Shown piece by piece: positions 49,465 to 53,417 of a stretch of DNA of 53,417 nucleotides. Origin of the DNA: Planctomycetota bacterium (GTDB lineage Bacteria > Planctomycetota > PUPC01 > JABMSA01); assembly GCA_035527355.1 (NCBI GenBank), contig DATLAR010000068.1, positions 1 to 53,417 on the forward strand, in the 5' to 3' direction. The notes beneath the pieces are model-generated. The model made no database searches. It saw only the letters and a list, made by a program, of their open reading frames with translations, and had not been told where the DNA came from. The stretch's first letter is position 1, and every line of letters starts with the position of its first letter. The position numbers were made by a program, and so were the translations under genes.

Positions 49465-52044
49465 ATGAAACCGATCCAGACCTTCATCGCCGTCCCATCT
49501 CTGCCAGCCCCGCTTGGACAACTCCGCGAACTGGCCCACAATCTGCGCTGGGCATGGGACCATGATACCATCGAGCTTTTCCGGCGATTGGATAGCGCCC
49601 TATGGGAGACGACGGGGCATAACCCTGTCCTCATGCTGGGGATGATCGATCAGGCAAAACTCGAAGCCGCGGCTTCTGACGAAGGGCTGCTGGCGCACCT
49701 CGGGCGCGCGGTGCGGGACCTCGACGCCTATAGGGCCGCTGAGTCCACGTGGTTCCAGCGGGTCCACGGCCCCGTGCAAGGCCCTCTTGTGGCTTACTTC
49801 TCGGCCGAATTCGGCCTGACGGAGTGCCTCTCGATCTTCGCCGGCGGGCTGGGTGTGTTGGCCGGAGACCACCTGAAGTCGGCCAGTGACTTGGGCGTGC
49901 CTCTCGTAGGGGTGGGGCTGCTTTACCAGCAGGGCTATTTCCGGCAGTATCTGAACGAAGTTGGCTGGCAGCAGGAAGCATACGAGGACAACGACTTCCA
50001 CAATCTGCCTTTGGCTTTGCAGCGCAAGCCGACGGGTGCGCCGCTCATCGTGGAAGTCATTCTGCCCGGCCGGACGGTTGCCGCCCAGATATGGCTGGCA
50101 CAGGTGGGCCGCGTGCCGCTGTATCTGTTGGACACGAATGTCGCGGCAAACCGGCCGGAAGACCGCGATATAACCGACCAGTTGTACGGTGGGGACGTTG
50201 AGATGCGCATCAAGCAGGAGATGGTGTTGGGCATCGGCGGCTACCGCGCCTTGGAGGCACTGGGTATCGAGCCGACTGTTTTTCATATGAACGAGGGCCA
50301 CTCTGCCTTTCTGTCTCTGGAACGGATCCGCCGAATGATGGAAACTCACGGGCTGGCATTTGCCGAAGCACGAGAGGCTGCATCGGCCGGATTGGTTTTC
50401 ACGACGCATACGTCCGTTGCAGCGGGACAGGACTACTTCCCGCCAGAGCTTGTGGATCGCTACGTGGGCGGCTATGCCCGTGCATTGGGCCTCTCGCATC
50501 ACGATTTCCTGGCTATGGGCAGGCGAAACGCCGGCGACGACCGTGAAGCGTTTTGCATGACCATTCTCGCTCTTCGTCTGGCCGCGCGGAGCAATGGTGT
50601 GAGCCGGTTGCACTCCCAGGTAAGCCGCCGAATGTGGCAGGGGCTTTGGCCCGGGGTGCCTGAGCACGAGGTCCCCATCGCTCACGTCACCAACGGCGTT
50701 CATTTCCAGTCGTGGATCTCTCGCGAGACGAAAGAGCTGTACGACCGCTACCTGGGCCCACGCTGGCGTGAGGAAGTGGCCGACCAGACGGTGTGGCAGC
50801 AGGCAGACCACATCGCAGCCGAGGAGTTGTGGCGGACGCACGAGCGGCGGCGGGAGAGGCTGGTGGCGTTCAGCCGCCGCCATCTGCGCGGCCAGTTGGG
50901 GCGGCGTGGTGCGTCCCGGACCGTGCTCGATATGGCCGATGAGGTGCTGGACCCCGAGGCCCTGACTATTGGCTTTGCGCGTCGCTTTGCCACCTATAAG
51001 CGGGCAAGCCTGCTGTTACGCGATCCCGACCGGTTGGCGCGCATCCTCAATCACCCTGGCCGGCCGGTGCAGATCATACTGGCCGGCAAAGCCCATCCTC
51101 GCGATGATCCGGGCAAGGGACTGATCAGGCAGATCGTGGAGTTGAGCCGTCAGGATGCCTTCCGGCGGCGGCTGGTTTTCTTGGAAGACTATGACATGGC
51201 CGTCGCGCGGTACCTTGTACAGGGATGCGATGTATGGCTCAACACGCCGCTTCGGCTGCAAGAGGCTAGCGGCACCAGCGGCATGAAGGCTGCAGCAAAC
51301 GGCGCTCTTAACCTCAGTGTCCTGGATGGGTGGTGGGACGAGGCCTATCAGCCCGACGTGGGCTGGGCCATCGGGCGGCGTGAGACATACGACAGCAGCA
51401 GCTATCAGGAGCAGGTGGAGGCCGAAGCTCTCTATGGCTTGCTGGAGCAGGAAGTGGTTCCCCTCTTCTACGATCGGAGCGGCGACGGATTGCCTCGCCG
51501 CTGGATCGCCCGAATGAGGGCGTCTATCCAGACCTTGTGCCGCTCCTTCAACTCGCATCGCATGGTAGGGGAATATACGGAGCGCTGTTATCTGCCGGCG
51601 GCCGTGCACTGCCGTGATCTCACGGCGAGCGAGATGGCCCGAGCCAAGGCTCTGGCGGCATGGAAGCTCCGTCTGCAGGCGAGTTGGTCTCGCGTGGGCA
51701 TTGAGGCGGTAAGCACTGACCAGCCAACGGAAGTTCATGTCGGTCGCGAGTTTCATGTCCAGGCTCTGGTGCGGCTGGGCAACCTCACCCCGGACGATGT
51801 GGCAGTTGAGCTCTACATGGGCCACGTGGATGCTGCCGGAGAGATCGTGGGAGCGGACCCCACGCCGATGCGGCCCATCGAGCCGCATGGTAAAGGGGCT
51901 TACCTATACCGGGCAAGCAACGCGGCGTGCCGCAGCAGCGGCATGCACGGCTATACGCTACGGGTGCTTCCCCACCACCCCGATCTCACCACGCCGTTTC
52001 TGCCAGGGCTGATCGTATGGGCGCAGCCGTACGGGGGAGCTTGA
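49465..52044 (+). CDS. glgP: alpha-glucan phosphorylase (GT35, maltodextrin/glycogen phosphorylase, 'alpha-glucan family' type)
   Basis: 859 aa: LRELAHNLRWAWDH, FAGGLGVLAGDHLKSASDLGVPLVGVGLLYQQGYFRQ, and the PLP-lysine region EASGTSGMKAAANGALNLSVLDGWW. Confidence 0.93.
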   Translation: MKPIQTFIAVPSLPAPLGQLRELAHNLRWAWDHDTIELFRRLDSALWETTGHNPVLMLGMIDQAKLEAAASDEGLLAHLGRAVRDLDAYRAAESTWFQRVHGPVQGPLVAYFSAEFGLTECLSIFAGGLGVLAGDHLKSASDLGVPLVGVGLLYQQGYFRQYLNEVGWQQEAYEDNDFHNLPLALQRKPTGAPLIVEVILPGRTVAAQIWLAQVGRVPLYLLDTNVAANRPEDRDITDQLYGGDVEMRIKQEMVLGIGGYRALEALGIEPTVFHMNEGHSAFLSLERIRRMMETHGLAFAEAREAASAGLVFTTHTSVAAGQDYFPPELVDRYVGGYARALGLSHHDFLAMGRRNAGDDREAFCMTILALRLAARSNGVSRLHSQVSRRMWQGLWPGVPEHEVPIAHVTNGVHFQSWISRETKELYDRYLGPRWREEVADQTVWQQADHIAAEELWRTHERRRERLVAFSRRHLRGQLGRRGASRTVLDMADEVLDPEALTIGFARRFATYKRASLLLRDPDRLARILNHPGRPVQIILAGKAHPRDDPGKGLIRQIVELSRQDAFRRRLVFLEDYDMAVARYLVQGCDVWLNTPLRLQEASGTSGMKAAANGALNLSVLDGWWDEAYQPDVGWAIGRRETYDSSSYQEQVEAEALYGLLEQEVVPLFYDRSGDGLPRRWIARMRASIQTLCRSFNSHRMVGEYTERCYLPAAVHCRDLTASEMARAKALAAWKLRLQASWSRVGIEAVSTDQPTEVHVGREFHVQALVRLGNLTPDDVAVELYMGHVDAAGEIVGADPTPMRPIEPHGKGAYLYRASNAACRSSGMHGYTLRVLPHHPDLTTPFLPGLIVWAQPYGGA

Positions 52045-52223
52045 GCATCAGTTGTAGAAGGGAATTGTGGTCGTCGTTCGTCAGCCCCTGCTATGTCTAG
52101 CTGAATCTCCAAGCCGGCCAAAAGCCGTGAGGCCAACGGGTATTCGCAGGCGATGCGGCGCTCTTGCGGAAGTATGGGAAAAACGGGGTGCAAAAATAAT
52201 TCGGCGGGATGGGGATTTTTTTC

Positions 52224-52251
52224 TTGACTTTGGCGTGTTGCTATATAAAAT
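52224..52251 (+). promoter_or_regulatory. sigma70-like promoter upstream of merR-like/fliA
   Basis: TTGACT (52224-52229), 16 nt, TAAAAT (52246-52251) in an AT-rich patch. This leaves a ~150-nt leader before ATG 52407. Confidence 0.45.
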
Positions 52252-52406
52252 TCAATTTATAAGTTGCGGCTTGCGCTTTACGTTTTCTATGGCGCAAACC
52301 GTAAAGACCCGCGCGGGTGCTCGCGGATTCGGCATCTTTGCCTCAGGTTCCGCCGCCCGTCGCGTTCTCCAGGGTGCCTGCCCTGCTTGTGCGAGGTATA
52401 CGTCTG

Positions 52407-52712
52407 ATGGCGGAAAAGCGACCTGTCAAACTCTATAAGATCGGCGAGTTGATGGAGTTCACCGGCCTGTCGCGCCAGACCATCCATAACTATACGATGC
52501 TCGGGCTGATCAAACCGGCCCGGCGCACCAAGACCGGTCATCGCCTCTATGGCGAGGAAACGTTTGAGCTGCTTGAGCGGATCAACAGCCTCAAGCGCGA
52601 TCACACGTTGAGCGCGATCAGGGAACTGATGCACAAGGAAAGCCCCCAAGATGAAAAGCCTCAAGACAAGGATGTCAAAGAGAGTGAGAACGGACGAGGT
52701 GCCGACCGCTGA
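52407..52712 (+). CDS. minimal MerR-family HTH regulator (no recognisable effector domain)
   Basis: Start at ATG 52407: MAEKRPVKLYKIGELMEFTGLSRQTIHNYTMLGLIKPARRTKTGHRLYGEETFELLERINSLKR is a MerR HTH plus short coiled coil. It ends in a charged tail (ESPQDEKPQDKDVKESENG). Confidence 0.85.
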   Translation: MAEKRPVKLYKIGELMEFTGLSRQTIHNYTMLGLIKPARRTKTGHRLYGEETFELLERINSLKRDHTLSAIRELMHKESPQDEKPQDKDVKESENGRGADR

Positions 52713-53417
52713 GCTTTGGGAGCACTACCGGCGCTCTCGCAGCAGCGAAATCCGCAATACGCTGGTTTCGCGTTACATGCACCTCGTGAGGTCGACCGCC
52801 GAGCGCGTGGTACCCGATCTGCCGGATATCGTGGACCGGGACGAGCTTCTGGGCGCCGGCGCGCTGGGGCTGATGCAGGCCATCGAGAAATACGACGATG
52901 CCCACGGTGCAAAGTTTGAAACATACTGCTCATCCAGAATCCGCGGCGCAATGCTCGACGAGCTGCGGAATCTCGACTGGATGCCCCGCCCGATGCGCAG
53001 CAAGGCCCACCGCATCCGCAAGATGTCTTCCGCGCTGTCGCACACGCTTGGCCGCATCCCCACCGACCAGGAGGTGGCCAAGAATCTCGGCCTCGCGCAG
53101 AAAGAATACAATATAATCGCGATGCACGCATCGGCGCCGCCCTCATGCTCGCTGAATGCGACCCGGGACTTTGACAACGATGAGCTGACGGCAATCGATA
53201 TCCTCGAGGACTATCGCGCTCCGGAGCCGTCGGAGATTCTGGAGAAGCGCGAGGTTTCGCAGATCGTGATGGAAGTGATCCGCTCGCTGCCAAGCACCGA
53301 CCGGCTGGTGATTCTGCTGTATTATTACGACCGCCTCACGATGAAGCAGATCGGGCAGGTGCTGCAGATCACGGAATCGCGAATTTGCCAGATACACACG
53401 GAAGTGATCGCGAAGCT
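52672..53417 (+). CDS. fliA: FliA/WhiG-type (sigma-28) RNA polymerase sigma factor, truncated by the right window edge
   Basis: Absent from the ORF track (no stop in the window). ATG 52672 (alternative ATG 52651) gives MSKRVRTDEVPTAELWEHYRRSRSSEIRNTLVSRYMHLVRSTAERV...FETYCSSRIRGAMLDELRNLDWMPRPMR...LYYYDRLTMKQIGQVLQITESRICQIHTEVIAK. The RIRGAMLDELR..DW.PR block is FliA-typical. Confidence 0.85.
   Translation, partial: MSKRVRTDEVPTAELWEHYRRSRSSEIRNTLVSRYMHLVRSTAERVVPDLPDIVDRDELLGAGALGLMQAIEKYDDAHGAKFETYCSSRIRGAMLDELRNLDWMPRPMRSKAHRIRKMSSALSHTLGRIPTDQEVAKNLGLAQKEYNIIAMHASAPPSCSLNATRDFDNDELTAIDILEDYRAPEPSEILEKREVSQIVMEVIRSLPSTDRLVILLYYYDRLTMKQIGQVLQITESRICQIHTEVIAK

Noticed and set aside
52290-52438. 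49-codon ORF in the merR-like leader (MAQTVKTRAGARGFGIFASGSAARRVLQGACPACARYTSDGGKATCQTL)
   Set aside because: It has no SD, overlaps the MerR-like start in another frame, and coincides with the leader hairpins. I cannot support it as coding without conservation or ribosome-profiling data.

Overview
This is a 53.4-kb, visibly GC-rich, densely coding chromosomal segment. The protein repertoire suggests Planctomycetota/PVC, by inference only: a DUF1559/H-X9-DG-like module, dockerin-like repeats, zinc-ribbon membrane anchors, many TPR/HEAT lipoproteins and several archaeal-type enzymes. I support about 46 CDS and one tRNA-Pro(GGG). Two of the CDS are cut by the window edges and are therefore missing from the ORF track. 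I also call a set of near-consensus sigma70-type promoters and several hairpin terminators. The ORF track uses ATG/GTG/TTG starts and many listed ORFs are GC-driven shadow frames, so I moved several starts. Content is mostly housekeeping: a CUT1-type sugar ABC importer, hom plus an ApgM-like gene, tmk, an M16 peptidase and an ECF sigma/anti-sigma pair. There is an icd-mdh-fumarase cluster followed by two phosphoesterases, and a tight FHA-GAF-histidine kinase/nagB/thymidylate synthase-like/TPR operon. The rest includes a DnaE2-like polymerase, hisG, yebC, an EndoIII-like/UDG4 pair, glgP, and MerR-FliA at the right edge. I see no CRISPR array, transposase, integrase, prophage or recognisable defence system, and I cannot point to a clear new multi-gene system. 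The most unusual signals are non-coding or architectural. (1) An orphan promoter-plus-terminator unit that looks like a ~78-nt sRNA gene (19525-19635, minus). (2) A cloverleaf-like nested palindrome between convergent genes (38871-39078). (3) A dispersed repeat family with heptamer/15-mer microsatellite arms, present as two inverted copies (6664-6785 and 47401-47625). (4) A zinc-ribbon/TM protein ending in a leaderless DUF1559-like H-X9-DG module. (5) A lower-GC, gene-decayed patch next to the tRNA that carries a small GIY-YIG gene.
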